Both the position numbers and the translations under genes were made by a program. The notes below the pieces were generated by a model. The model worked only from the letters and a program-made list of their open reading frames with translations. It searched no databases and was not told the DNA's origin. A stretch of 64,000 nucleotides of DNA from an uncultured Dehalococcoidia bacterium. GTDB taxonomy: Bacteria; Chloroflexota; Dehalococcoidia; Lucifugimonadales; CATQGZ01. How positions within the stretch are numbered: position 1 is the stretch's first letter; each line of letters starts with the position of its first letter. Shown here piece after piece: positions 29,100-38,262 of the stretch. Location: assembly GCA_964570875.1 (NCBI GenBank), contig CAZMZE010000003.1, forward strand, positions 11,975 through 75,974, given 5' to 3'.

Positions 29100-30578
29100 T
29101 TGGACTACGAAGTAGTCATAGGACTTGAAGTACATTCACAGCTCATGACAAACAGTAAGATGTTTTGTTCTTGTGCTGCTTCATACCAAGAAATGGAACC
29201 GAACACTCTGGTATGTCCGGTCTGTATGGGCATGCCTGGATCATTGCCCGTAATAAACAGAGAAGCCGTGAGGCTAACCATACTTACCGGTCTTGCTTTG
29301 AACTGTAATATTGGAGAATTGACCAAATTTGATCGAAAAAATTATCCGTATCCAGATCTGATGAAAGGATATCAAATATCTCAATTTGACAGGCCAATAG
29401 CAAGCTTGGGACAACTATCCATAGGCATAGGAGAGGAACAAAAGACCGTCGGGATAACACGGGTACATCTTGAAGAAGATGTCGCGAAATTACTGCATCG
29501 ATCCGAGGATCATGGGGAGAAATATAGCTTACTGGACATCAACCGTTCAGGCGTTCCACTCATGGAAATAGTTAGCGAACCGGATATGAGAAGCCCAGAA
29601 GAAGCTAGAAGTTATCTGACCAAACTCCATTCAATTCTTCAATATACTGGCGTCAGTACAGCTAACATGGAAGAAGGAAGTTTTCGTTGTGACGCAAATA
29701 TTAGCATACGTACCAAGGGGTCCGATGAACTAGGGTCTAAAGTCGAGATAAAGAATATGAATAGCTTTCGGTCAGTATATCAGGCTCTTCATCACGAAAC
29801 ACAACGTCAAACACAAGCAGCCAAAGACGGACTTCGTATAGTACAGGAGACAAGAGGCTGGGTCGAAGATTCAGGGGTAACAGTCTCCCAAAGATCAAAA
29901 GAATATGCTTCGGATTACCGTTATTTTCCTGATCCCGATATACCACCCATACACTTGGACATTTCTTGGATAGAGCAAATTAGAAGCAGCTTGCCTGAGT
30001 TGCCTGAAGCCCTAAAAGCACGATTAATTGAACAATACCAGATTTCTGATTACGATTCAGAACAGTTGACGCAGGATAAATCTGTAACAAGTTTTTTCGA
30101 GAAAGTGATGGAATCTGGGACCAAAATTGCCATAGAAAAACCTACATTGGCAAAATCAGCTGTTAACTGGATTCTAGGTGAAATGACGAGACTGATGAAC
30201 GCTAACGGAAGCGATATCCAAAAATTGTTGATCAAGCCTGCTGACTTAGTCAAATTAATCGATATGGTACGAGCCGGCATACTCAACTCGAATATGGCAA
30301 AAGAAGTTTTTGAGAAAATGTTTAAGACAGGCAAGGATCCTGAATCAATCATCCAAGAGTCCGGGGTGACCCAAATTAGCGATACAACCTCAATAGAAGC
30401 ATTCGTAGATACTGCTATCATTAACAATCCGCAACCAGTGGAAGATTACATAAGCGGTAAAGATAGTGCGATGCAATTCCTCATGGGACAAGTTATGAAA
30501 ATCACTTCCGGCAAGGCTAACCCGCAAATGGTAACCAAATTATTAAAGGCGAAACTTGACCCGAAGAAATCACCATGA
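29100..30578 (+). CDS. gatB: aspartyl/glutamyl-tRNA amidotransferase subunit B
   Basis: 492 aa. YEVVIGLEVHSQL..., CPVCMGMPGSLP and the C-terminal YqeY-like tail. TTG start. Confidence 0.96.
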   Translation: MDYEVVIGLEVHSQLMTNSKMFCSCAASYQEMEPNTLVCPVCMGMPGSLPVINREAVRLTILTGLALNCNIGELTKFDRKNYPYPDLMKGYQISQFDRPIASLGQLSIGIGEEQKTVGITRVHLEEDVAKLLHRSEDHGEKYSLLDINRSGVPLMEIVSEPDMRSPEEARSYLTKLHSILQYTGVSTANMEEGSFRCDANISIRTKGSDELGSKVEIKNMNSFRSVYQALHHETQRQTQAAKDGLRIVQETRGWVEDSGVTVSQRSKEYASDYRYFPDPDIPPIHLDISWIEQIRSSLPELPEALKARLIEQYQISDYDSEQLTQDKSVTSFFEKVMESGTKIAIEKPTLAKSAVNWILGEMTRLMNANGSDIQKLLIKPADLVKLIDMVRAGILNSNMAKEVFEKMFKTGKDPESIIQESGVTQISDTTSIEAFVDTAIINNPQPVEDYISGKDSAMQFLMGQVMKITSGKANPQMVTKLLKAKLDPKKSP

Positions 30579-31846
30579 AGAGTAACAAAGCTAGCCCGGA
30601 GAGTAACCCTAGGTGGCGGGGATTGATAAAATTGCTTTATCCAGGTATTGGAATAAAGAGGTGGTTACTCATCGGTGGTGCTGGAGTGGCAATTTGGTCT
30701 ATTGGAGTGGCATTTTTACTTAGAAAAATTTTTGATGTTCGGTTCCCTGAATTTCTTCCGTCCCACTTAGAAGGTATCGCGCTAGTTATCTGCTCTATTG
30801 GACTGATATCGCTTTCCGTCGTGAAACTCTACAACTCTATTGGTCCTATAGTACTCTCACACGGTAACATCGATAGCTTGGCCGAGACTATCTATGCTCG
30901 AAGATCACGCGGACGCGGTCCTAAGATCGTGGCTATTGGAGGAGGCACCGGACTATCAGTGTTGCTGAGTGGACTGAAAGCATACACTGAAAACCTAACA
31001 GCAATAATCACTGTAGCTGATGACGGAGGTAGTTCAGGAAGATTACGGCGCGAATTGGGGGTACTGCCACCTGGGGATTTTAGGAACTGTATCGTTGCTA
31101 TGTCCAATAGTGAATCGTTGTTACCTGAGCTATTCCAATACCGTTTTAGCGAAGGAGACGGACTGAAAGGGCATAGTTTTGGTAACTTGTTCATTGTTGC
31201 CATGTCAAACATCACCAAAAGTTTCGACCAGGCACTCATTGAATCAAGTAGAGTTCTTGCAGTCCACGGCCAGATTTTGCCTTCAACAGTGGATAATGTG
31301 AAATTATCTGCCCAATTGAGTGACGGGAATACTATTCATGGTGAATCAAAAATCACTGAGTATGGAGGGCAAATTGAACGTCTAACTATACATCCTTCTA
31401 CCGTAGAAGTATTCGGGCCTTCAGCAGATGCAATTCTCGAAGCCCAGATGATCGTTATCGGTCCAGGCAGTCTTTACACAAGCATTTTGCCAAACCTTTG
31501 CGTTCCTGGAATTTCAGAAGCGTTGGGCAAGACTACTGCCAAAAAAGTCTATGTTTGCAATGTTGCTACACAACAGGGTGAGACCACCGGATATAGCGTG
31601 GCAGACCACTTGGAAGCCATACAACTACACACATCAGATACTCTGATTGATTTTGTGATAGCCAACAGCGATGTTAATTCAGATCAAACGAAATCACCTA
31701 ACCACACAGTAATTAACGATGATAGACCTTTGGTCAATGCTGTTTTGGAAAGATCATCCTTGGTGGATCCAAACTATCCATTAAGGCATGATCCTAAAAG
31801 ACTAGCCGAAGCGATAATATCCATGTACGATAGAAGTGTAAATTAA
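30575..31846 (+). CDS. yvcK: YvcK/CofD-family (UPF0052, gluconeogenesis-factor-like) protein with an N-terminal membrane anchor
   Basis: The core starts at PKIVAIGGGTGLSVLLSGLK and includes ITVADDGGSSGRLR. It is preceded by about 110 aa holding two or three hydrophobic helices. ATGA overlap with gatB. Confidence 0.85.
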   Translation: MKSNKASPESNPRWRGLIKLLYPGIGIKRWLLIGGAGVAIWSIGVAFLLRKIFDVRFPEFLPSHLEGIALVICSIGLISLSVVKLYNSIGPIVLSHGNIDSLAETIYARRSRGRGPKIVAIGGGTGLSVLLSGLKAYTENLTAIITVADDGGSSGRLRRELGVLPPGDFRNCIVAMSNSESLLPELFQYRFSEGDGLKGHSFGNLFIVAMSNITKSFDQALIESSRVLAVHGQILPSTVDNVKLSAQLSDGNTIHGESKITEYGGQIERLTIHPSTVEVFGPSADAILEAQMIVIGPGSLYTSILPNLCVPGISEALGKTTAKKVYVCNVATQQGETTGYSVADHLEAIQLHTSDTLIDFVIANSDVNSDQTKSPNHTVINDDRPLVNAVLERSSLVDPNYPLRHDPKRLAEAIISMYDRSVN

Positions 31847-31893
31847 GAAGCTTTACAGTACATGTGGGTCAATCTTTATAATATTAACTTAAA

Positions 31894-32112
31894 ATGAGCA
31901 ATACATTATTAAATATATTACAACTGGTGATATCAGTTTTACTGATCGTCACAATATTGGTTCAAGTTCGTGGTCAAGGAGGAGGGCTTTTTGGTTCCGC
32001 AGAAAGTTCGTTTCGTACTCGAAGAGGATTAGACTTAACACTATTTAGGTTCACAATTTTTTTGGTGGTGGTATTTGTGGGTATATCGATTATTAGCGTA
32101 AGATTCTTCTGA
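31894..32112 (+). CDS. secG: preprotein translocase subunit SecG
   Basis: 72 aa. Two TM helices flank a Gly-rich loop (LVQVRGQGGGLFGSAESSF). Confidence 0.85.
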   Translation: MSNTLLNILQLVISVLLIVTILVQVRGQGGGLFGSAESSFRTRRGLDLTLFRFTIFLVVVFVGISIISVRFF

Positions 32113-32122
32113 TCTATAAATC

Positions 32123-33490
32123 TTAATCGGTTTTCCTCCTCCATTCAGTTCCGCCCTGAGTATCTTCTATAAGGATTCCAAAATCGACTAATTTGTCTCT
32201 AATGTCATCGGCCATGTCAAATTGCTTATTGATTCTGAGGCGGTTACGTAAGTCCACAAGCAAATCTACGAATGGACTAATCTCTTCTGTCGTGGAATTA
32301 TCAGAACCCTCTAATCTCAATCCTAAGACAGATGCTAGTTCTTTAAGTAAACCTTGCGCATCTGCTGCTGTTTGACCCAAATCACTGACCCGATTAATGT
32401 CTCTAACTAAATCAAACAGGACAGCCAATGCTTTCGGAGTATTAATATCGTCATCCATTGCTTCAATAAAGTTTTGTTTATACTGGGAGACATCTACCGA
32501 ATAGTTTAGCTTTGAATGAGTTGCTCTAAGAGCATTACGCATTCGATCGACGGCGCGGTCCTGAGCAAGCACGTTCTGTTCAGAATATACCAGTTTGCTA
32601 CGGTAGTGGGTGGCAAGAAAAAATAACCTTAATCCATCCGCTGTATATTTATTTAACGCATCGTGAATCGAAAGAACATTTCCTAAGGATTTACTCATCT
32701 TGTCATTACCCATTTGAACCAATCCGTGATGTACCCAAAACCTGACGAAAGGTGATTTCCCGGTATATGCTTCTGACTGAGCTATCTCATTCTCATGATG
32801 AGGGAAAATTAGCTCTGGTCCACCACCATGTATATCTATAGTATCTCCTAAATTTGATATAGACATGGCGCTACATTCTATATGCCACCCAGGCCTTCCA
32901 CTGCCCCAAGGACTATCCCAAGAAGGCTCTCCTGGTTTTTCAGATTTCCATAAAGCAAAATCCATTTCATTTTGTTTTTTGGGATCTACTTCCACGCGAG
33001 CTCCAGCCTGCATACTGTCTAAGGTTCTCCGACTTAATTTCCCGTAACCAGCAAATTTACCAACTCTATAGTAAACATCGCCTTGCTCAACGTAGGCATG
33101 ATCACTTTCTAAAAGGAAATCGATCATCGCAATAATCCTAGGTATTTCTTCTGTCGCTTTCGGATATGACTCTGCCTTTAATACATTTAATGCACTCAAC
33201 CCTGCAAAATAATCGTTGATGTTTTGGTCGGCCAATTCGTCAGTTGTAATCCCTTTTGCAAAAGCCGCTTCAATCATTTTGTCATCGATGTCAGTGAAAT
33301 TTTGGATAAGGCGTACTTTGTAACCGACATATTGAAGATACCTGTGTAAGGTATCAAATACGACCGCCGACATTGCATGGCCTATATGCGAAGGTGAATA
33401 CGGAGTTATGCCACAAACATACATCTTGACAACATTGTCATCAGTAGTGAAATTCTCAATCGTTCTTGACAGTGTGTTGTAAAGTTTCAT
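32123..33490 (-). CDS. cysS: cysteine--tRNA ligase
   Basis: 455 aa with HIGH motif (PSHIGHAMS), KMSKS present and the Zn-binding region WHIECSAM. Confidence 0.97.
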   Translation of the reverse strand: MKLYNTLSRTIENFTTDDNVVKMYVCGITPYSPSHIGHAMSAVVFDTLHRYLQYVGYKVRLIQNFTDIDDKMIEAAFAKGITTDELADQNINDYFAGLSALNVLKAESYPKATEEIPRIIAMIDFLLESDHAYVEQGDVYYRVGKFAGYGKLSRRTLDSMQAGARVEVDPKKQNEMDFALWKSEKPGEPSWDSPWGSGRPGWHIECSAMSISNLGDTIDIHGGGPELIFPHHENEIAQSEAYTGKSPFVRFWVHHGLVQMGNDKMSKSLGNVLSIHDALNKYTADGLRLFFLATHYRSKLVYSEQNVLAQDRAVDRMRNALRATHSKLNYSVDVSQYKQNFIEAMDDDINTPKALAVLFDLVRDINRVSDLGQTAADAQGLLKELASVLGLRLEGSDNSTTEEISPFVDLLVDLRNRLRINKQFDMADDIRDKLVDFGILIEDTQGGTEWRRKTD

Positions 33491-33966
33491 TTCATGGATT
33501 CCAGCATAACAATCGACAAACTTGAAATACCGTCACCTCTTCCGGTAAAACCAAGTCCATCAGTCGTAGTTGCCTTGATATTAACTTGAGAGCTATCTAT
33601 CTCAATAGAATATGCAATAATCTGTTTCATCGGTTTTAGATAGTTTTTCAAAGATGGGCGTTCAGCAATAATTGTAGCATCCACATTGCACACACGCCAT
33701 TTCTCACTTATGAGCTCATAAGTCTTAACTAATAAATCTATACTATTTATATCTTTATACTGAACATCAGAAGAAGGGAAATGCACACCTATATCTCCCA
33801 TGCCTGCAGCACCTAAAACAGCATCTATAATCGAATGGATTAACACATCCCCATCGCTGTGGCCATCTAGTCCTTTTGAAAACGGAACTTCGACACCTCC
33901 AATGATCAACGGTCGGCCAGCCGTTAAAGGGTGACAGTCAATTCCTATCCCGGATCTGAAATTCAT
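33487..33966 (-). CDS. ispF: 2-C-methyl-D-erythritol 2,4-cyclodiphosphate synthase
   Basis: 159 aa. IGIDCHPL...GHSDGDVLIHSIIDAVLGA is the classic IspF motif. 4-nt overlap with cysS. Confidence 0.95.
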   Translation of the reverse strand: MNFRSGIGIDCHPLTAGRPLIIGGVEVPFSKGLDGHSDGDVLIHSIIDAVLGAAGMGDIGVHFPSSDVQYKDINSIDLLVKTYELISEKWRVCNVDATIIAERPSLKNYLKPMKQIIAYSIEIDSSQVNIKATTTDGLGFTGRGDGISSLSIVMLESMK

Positions 33967-33978
33967 TATCTCTATGTC

Positions 33979-34671
33979 CTATCTTTCCATTTCCAAAATG
34001 GCTCTGACAACATCCAGGTCTTCCGGAGTGGTGATTTTGAAATTCTTTCTAGAGCCTTCAAATGTTCTGACACTCCCTCCCAACATCTCAATCATGGCAG
34101 CATCATCAGTAACATCAGTCGTTATCCTGAGATGAGCATCTTCCAAAATATTACGCCGGAAAATTTGTGGGGTTTGTATTGTGAAAAGCATATCTCTTGA
34201 AACTGTAGCCGAAACGACCGATGAATCATCAACTGACTTCACAGTATCTGTCACTGGAACAGCGGCAATCGCAGCACCAGTAGGCCGAGCCTCATCGAGT
34301 CCTTTCTCAATCATATCTGCTTCAATTAACGGTCTTGCCCCATCATGTACAACAACCCATTCAACATCAACAAGTTTTTGTAAACCACAGCGCACTGAGT
34401 CTTGACGCCGTTGCCCCCCTGTACACACGTCGCTACTTTTACTAGAAGCATATTTCGCCATAATGTCCCTACCAATTCTGACATTTTGACTAGAAACAAC
34501 CAAAACTATCCGGTCAATAAAAGGTGAGTTGTCAAATACTTTAATGGCATATGATATTAACGGAATGCCATTAATTTGGGAAAACACCTTGTCTTCACCG
34601 CGCATCCTTTTCCCTTGACCTGATGCCAAAATTATCGCTCCGACAGGTTCTGAATTGTGAGGCAATGTCAA
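33979..34671 (-). CDS. ispD: 2-C-methyl-D-erythritol 4-phosphate cytidylyltransferase
   Basis: 230 aa with AIILASGQGKRM, VVVHDGARPL and QTPQIF motifs. Confidence 0.93.
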   Translation of the reverse strand: MTLPHNSEPVGAIILASGQGKRMRGEDKVFSQINGIPLISYAIKVFDNSPFIDRIVLVVSSQNVRIGRDIMAKYASSKSSDVCTGGQRRQDSVRCGLQKLVDVEWVVVHDGARPLIEADMIEKGLDEARPTGAAIAAVPVTDTVKSVDDSSVVSATVSRDMLFTIQTPQIFRRNILEDAHLRITTDVTDDAAMIEMLGGSVRTFEGSRKNFKITTPEDLDVVRAILEMER

Positions 34672-34834
34672 TTATCCTTTCCGATAATGAGTGATCTAGT
34701 CAAGTGGAAGAATAAAATTGGGGCATTATGAACTACAAAACCAACTATCATTTGTCCTTAATTTACATTAGCATCCGTTGCAGATTACCACCAGATTTCT
34801 CACAGTGTCAAAATATCATTATTAGGTACATGAG

Positions 34835-35983
34835 ATGCGTCATCACTCGGTCCGCTGGCTGTTAGGTACATTCATTCTTATATTTGCGCTAGTAATGTGG
34901 ACCCCTCAAGGAAAGGGGTGGGTTAAAACATTTTTGTTCATTCCTCAAATATTAGAATCCTCCCCCGTTAAGCCACAAGAATTTGTCACAGGTACACCTG
35001 TTAGAGAGAAAATAAAATTCCCGATTGCGGTAGGAGAGTCTGAAGCAGATTTATATTTGCCACACGGGTCAGGAAAACATCCGGCAGTGTTGTTCTATAT
35101 GGGTGTTGTGCCCCCAGATCGGGATGAGAAGCGCATTGTAGACCTTGGTAACGCCCTTGCGAGATCAGGTGTGATTGTAATGATTCCTTGGCTACGGACC
35201 CAAGCCGAAAATAAGATCATTGAGAGCGATATAGACTCACTAGTTAAGGCATTTGAGTATTTAAAAACTATGAATCGAGTTGATTCAAACAGAGTTGGTA
35301 TGAGTGGAATATGTACTGGTGCATCAATGTTGGCGGTAGCTGCCCAAGATTCTAGGATAAGTTCAAATATCAAATTTCTTAATTTTTTCGCAGGATATTA
35401 TGATGCTACGGACCTTGTCCGCGCAGTAAGTAGTCGTACAAGCTTCCAAAAAAATGAATATCGACTATGGGAACCTGACAAACTTACCCGCAGTGTCCTA
35501 AATCAACATTTGATTGAAGGTGTGTCCGACGTACGTGATCGCTCTATTCTCAACCGTATGTTTATTCAAAACAAAGATATGTCGAACATGCAGCCAATTA
35601 GACTCGGTCCCGAAGGTTTCGCAACATATCAATTGATTAGTGGAGTATCCCTAGCAGAAACATATGATTTGATAGAAAATCTATCGACTTCCACCACTAG
35701 GTTTTTGAAAGCAATATCGCCTTCGACAAATATTCATCTACTTAAAACAAAGATGTTTATTATGCATGATAGGAATGATCGTCTAGTTCCATATGAAGAA
35801 TCGCTCCGATTTTTGGAAAATTACAATGATCCTGATAAGTACCACTACACAGAATTTTCCCTATTTCAAGACGCTGTACAAGTACACATGGATGAAGATT
35901 CTGAACTATCTGCGTTTAGATACAGTGTTGAACTGTTCAAGTTGATCCGTCATGTTTATCTAATCATGCGGGAGCTACAGTGA
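34835..35983 (+). CDS. membrane-anchored alpha/beta hydrolase with a Cys in the nucleophile elbow (dienelactone-hydrolase-like)
   Basis: 382 aa. N-terminal TM (WLLGTFILIFALVMW). Elbow G-M-S-G-I-C-T-G-A-S instead of GxSxG. Later MHDRNDRLVP and a C-terminal His region. Assignment is by motif only. Confidence 0.55.
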   Translation: MRHHSVRWLLGTFILIFALVMWTPQGKGWVKTFLFIPQILESSPVKPQEFVTGTPVREKIKFPIAVGESEADLYLPHGSGKHPAVLFYMGVVPPDRDEKRIVDLGNALARSGVIVMIPWLRTQAENKIIESDIDSLVKAFEYLKTMNRVDSNRVGMSGICTGASMLAVAAQDSRISSNIKFLNFFAGYYDATDLVRAVSSRTSFQKNEYRLWEPDKLTRSVLNQHLIEGVSDVRDRSILNRMFIQNKDMSNMQPIRLGPEGFATYQLISGVSLAETYDLIENLSTSTTRFLKAISPSTNIHLLKTKMFIMHDRNDRLVPYEESLRFLENYNDPDKYHYTEFSLFQDAVQVHMDEDSELSAFRYSVELFKLIRHVYLIMRELQ

Positions 35984-36060
35984 TTGCGATCAACTATAAT
36001 GATCAACAATGATTGATGATATTATTGCTCAGTTAATAATTGATCAAAGGACAATCACTT

Positions 36061-36525
36061 ATGGGTAAAAACTACTGGATGGTAGTAGAGTCTCTCGAAA
36101 ATCACCAAATCACTACTCAAATGGGGTTTGCCTTGATGGGATTTGGCAGACATCAAAAACGTCGAGTTCAGCGTATGCAACAAGATGATCGGGTCCTATT
36201 CTATGTTCCCGACCTGAAGAAATGGACCGCTACTGCATCAATTACATCTGAGTTTTTCACAGACGAAACAGCCTTGTGGAATCCATTCTCCAAACCTGAT
36301 GACCACAAATACCGAGTCAAACTAAAGCCCAACATAGTTCTTGATGCAAAATTTCAAATAGACGCATTGATTTTGGGGCCTCGTCTAGAATACGTAAAGA
36401 GATGGGTACCGGAGGATTGGCCGCTAGCATTTTTGGATAGATTGCACTTGATTCCACAAAGAGACTTTAGGCTTATTGAGGGAGAGATGAAAAGACTATT
36501 ACCAAAGAACAGCCGAAAGAGCTGA
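36061..36525 (+). CDS. EVE/PUA-like domain protein (function unknown)
   Basis: 154 aa. NYWMVV...GFG...DDRVLFYV...YRVKLKP...RDFRLIE follows the EVE-domain pattern as I recall it. The ATG at 36061 lies 9 nt after AAGGA. Confidence 0.55.
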   Translation: MGKNYWMVVESLENHQITTQMGFALMGFGRHQKRRVQRMQQDDRVLFYVPDLKKWTATASITSEFFTDETALWNPFSKPDDHKYRVKLKPNIVLDAKFQIDALILGPRLEYVKRWVPEDWPLAFLDRLHLIPQRDFRLIEGEMKRLLPKNSRKS

Positions 36526-36571
36526 GGTATTTTAACTTTTTGTCATTGCTATAACGACTATTGTAGACATT

Positions 36572-37162
36572 TCAGTGTTGATTAATTAAATCCGTAATTT
36601 CACCTACAGTTTGGTAGTATTGTTTGTCGTCCAATACTGGATCCATTTTACCCAATCCAACTTGTTGACCCAAATCTACCCACGATTTGCAACCTTCGAA
36701 TTCATCTAAAAATTCTATCGTTACAGGTTTTCGCAACTTGTATATTCTCATGAGCGCGACAGTTAATGGTTGCTTAGGTCTCCAATGTAACCTTTTCTCA
36801 GCGTATTCGTCCGTCCAGGCGTGATACGGTGCTAGCTTAACTAGAGTCTCTGGATGATCTATCTGGTAAAAATCTGTGACTTTGCACCAATACATCATCG
36901 AGATCGTGTTGGACGTTGCCGCATCCTCAAAAATTACATATGAGCCATCCCTATGTTCAGCCTTCAACAATGCTTGTCTCTGGTGTTCATATGTGGGATA
37001 CAGCAGAAATTCTTTGTGGAGAACTCTGAAATTCTTATCTGAAGGGTGGATACCTCCTTTACGGAGCGTCAGTATTTGCCTACCATTACCCATAATTCCC
37101 ACAACCACAGCCCATTCTTTCAATGCCATATAAGCGGTATTTGAATTGCCTGTGGTTTCCAA
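36572..37162 (-). CDS. DUF1802-like protein (function unknown)
   Basis: ALKEWAVVVGIMGNGRQILTLRKGGI...FLLYPTYEHQ is the N-terminal signature I associate with DUF1802. The TTG at 37162 lies 6 nt after AGGAGGAGG; the track start at 37192 is an upstream TTG without a Shine-Dalgarno (SD) sequence. Confidence 0.6.
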   Translation of the reverse strand: METTGNSNTAYMALKEWAVVVGIMGNGRQILTLRKGGIHPSDKNFRVLHKEFLLYPTYEHQRQALLKAEHRDGSYVIFEDAATSNTISMMYWCKVTDFYQIDHPETLVKLAPYHAWTDEYAEKRLHWRPKQPLTVALMRIYKLRKPVTIEFLDEFEGCKSWVDLGQQVGLGKMDPVLDDKQYYQTVGEITDLINQH

Positions 37163-37191
37163 GTTAAACCTCCTCCTGATGCAACAAATCA

Positions 37192-37234
37192 AAATTTCGT
37201 CGAGACGTATCGCTCACCAATGTCTCGGAAATTT
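37192..37234. repeat. 13-bp interrupted inverted repeat (AAATTTC-gt-CGAGAC ... GTCTCG-GAAATTT) in the DUF1802-like/sodN divergent region
   Basis: Arms checked base by base. 15-nt loop and a 2-nt bulge. Confidence 0.4.
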
Positions 37235-37276
37235 ATAGTAACTAAAGATCTATTCATACTGGTATCCTTGCGCTAG

Positions 37277-37292
37277 TACAATAGTTATTGTA
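37277..37292 (+). promoter_or_regulatory. perfect palindrome TACAATA-GT-TATTGTA upstream of sodN (candidate operator and/or -10 element); a third TACAATA lies at 37306-37312
   Basis: Exact 7-bp arms, 38 nt upstream of the sodN ATG (37330). The half-site occurs three times within 36 nt. Confidence 0.35.
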
Positions 37293-37329
37293 TGTTCATA
37301 GTATATACAATACTCAGGAGTATGGCCTT

Positions 37330-37797
37330 ATGAACATCCTAGCTATTTTACAAAAATGTATCCCTGTCCGATTTGCTGAGGCACACTGTGACATTCCATG
37401 CGGCATATACGATCCAATCTCAGCAAAGATTGCTGCTCAAACTGTCCTTAAAATGGCCGTTAGATTAGAAGCGGTTGAATTGCCTCCAAAAGATGTTTCA
37501 ACTCCGAATTCAGTCGCGCGTTATGTGACTGTTAAAGAAGAGCATGCACAACTTGTCAAAAATGAACTAAATACTCTCTGGTCTGACTATTTCAAGCCTG
37601 AACATCTTGAAAAATATCCTAACCTACATGAGCTAGTATGGAAAGCTAACAAACTTGCTGGCACAAACAAACAAAACGTAAATTCAGAGTCAGCAGGGCA
37701 ACTAGTTGAAGCTGTAGATGAAATTGCCAAAATATTCTGGGCAACTAAGGGCGTAGACTATGATGACGACGTGTCCACTATCAGGTTTGGAACCTAG
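37330..37797 (+). CDS. sodN: nickel superoxide dismutase precursor
   Basis: The Ni-hook HCDIPCGIYDP follows an 18-aa leader MNILAILQKCIPVRFAEA that ends in A-x-A. AGGAG lies 9 nt before the ATG at 37330; the track start at 37288 is an upstream TTG. Confidence 0.92.
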   Translation: MNILAILQKCIPVRFAEAHCDIPCGIYDPISAKIAAQTVLKMAVRLEAVELPPKDVSTPNSVARYVTVKEEHAQLVKNELNTLWSDYFKPEHLEKYPNLHELVWKANKLAGTNKQNVNSESAGQLVEAVDEIAKIFWATKGVDYDDDVSTIRFGT

Positions 37798-37911
37798 ACT
37801 AGAAAACTAGTTGGAAAATTGAGTGGATTTCGGTCGTTGTTGGTTTGTAGACAACATATGTTGAAATCCAAGTGTCTTGATGTAATTTACAAATAGCCGA
37901 ACTGGTTCTTG

Positions 37912-38262
37912 TTATTGTTTGTACTCTTCTCTAGGAGGACTGAATATATCAAGAGCCAGTGCCCAACCATCCGAACCTACTAAGCTGTGTTCAACTCCGC
38001 CTGGAATAATGTAAGCCTCCCCAGGGCCCAGTGTCTTTGTTTCATCTCCAATGGTAAAATCGAATTCACCTTCCAATACCAATCCAGCTTGCTCATGAGG
38101 ATGCTTATGAGGAGGTAAAACAGCTTTTGGAGCTATCTCTACCATACTCATCATTACCTTATCACCCCACATTATGCGAAGAGTTATACCAGGAACCAAT
38201 TCGCGACGCTCAACTTTATTTGGTTGGAAAAAATTGGACATATTACGCTCCTTATAGTTCAA
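37912..38262 (-). CDS. cupin-domain protein
   Basis: 116 aa with cupin metal motifs PPHKHPHEQAGLVLEGE and GGVEHSL. 4-nt overlap with the upstream reductase gene. Confidence 0.8.
   Translation of the reverse strand: MNYKERNMSNFFQPNKVERRELVPGITLRIMWGDKVMMSMVEIAPKAVLPPHKHPHEQAGLVLEGEFDFTIGDETKTLGPGEAYIIPGGVEHSLVGSDGWALALDIFSPPREEYKQ

Noticed and set aside
37825-37869. Imperfect nested inverted repeat (GGATTTC...GTTGT...ACAAC...GAAATCC, including the palindrome CAACATATGTTG) between convergent sodN and the cupin gene
   Set aside because: The stems are interrupted by large internal loops and there is no adjacent U tract on either strand. It may act as a weak bidirectional terminator but is too uncertain to annotate.
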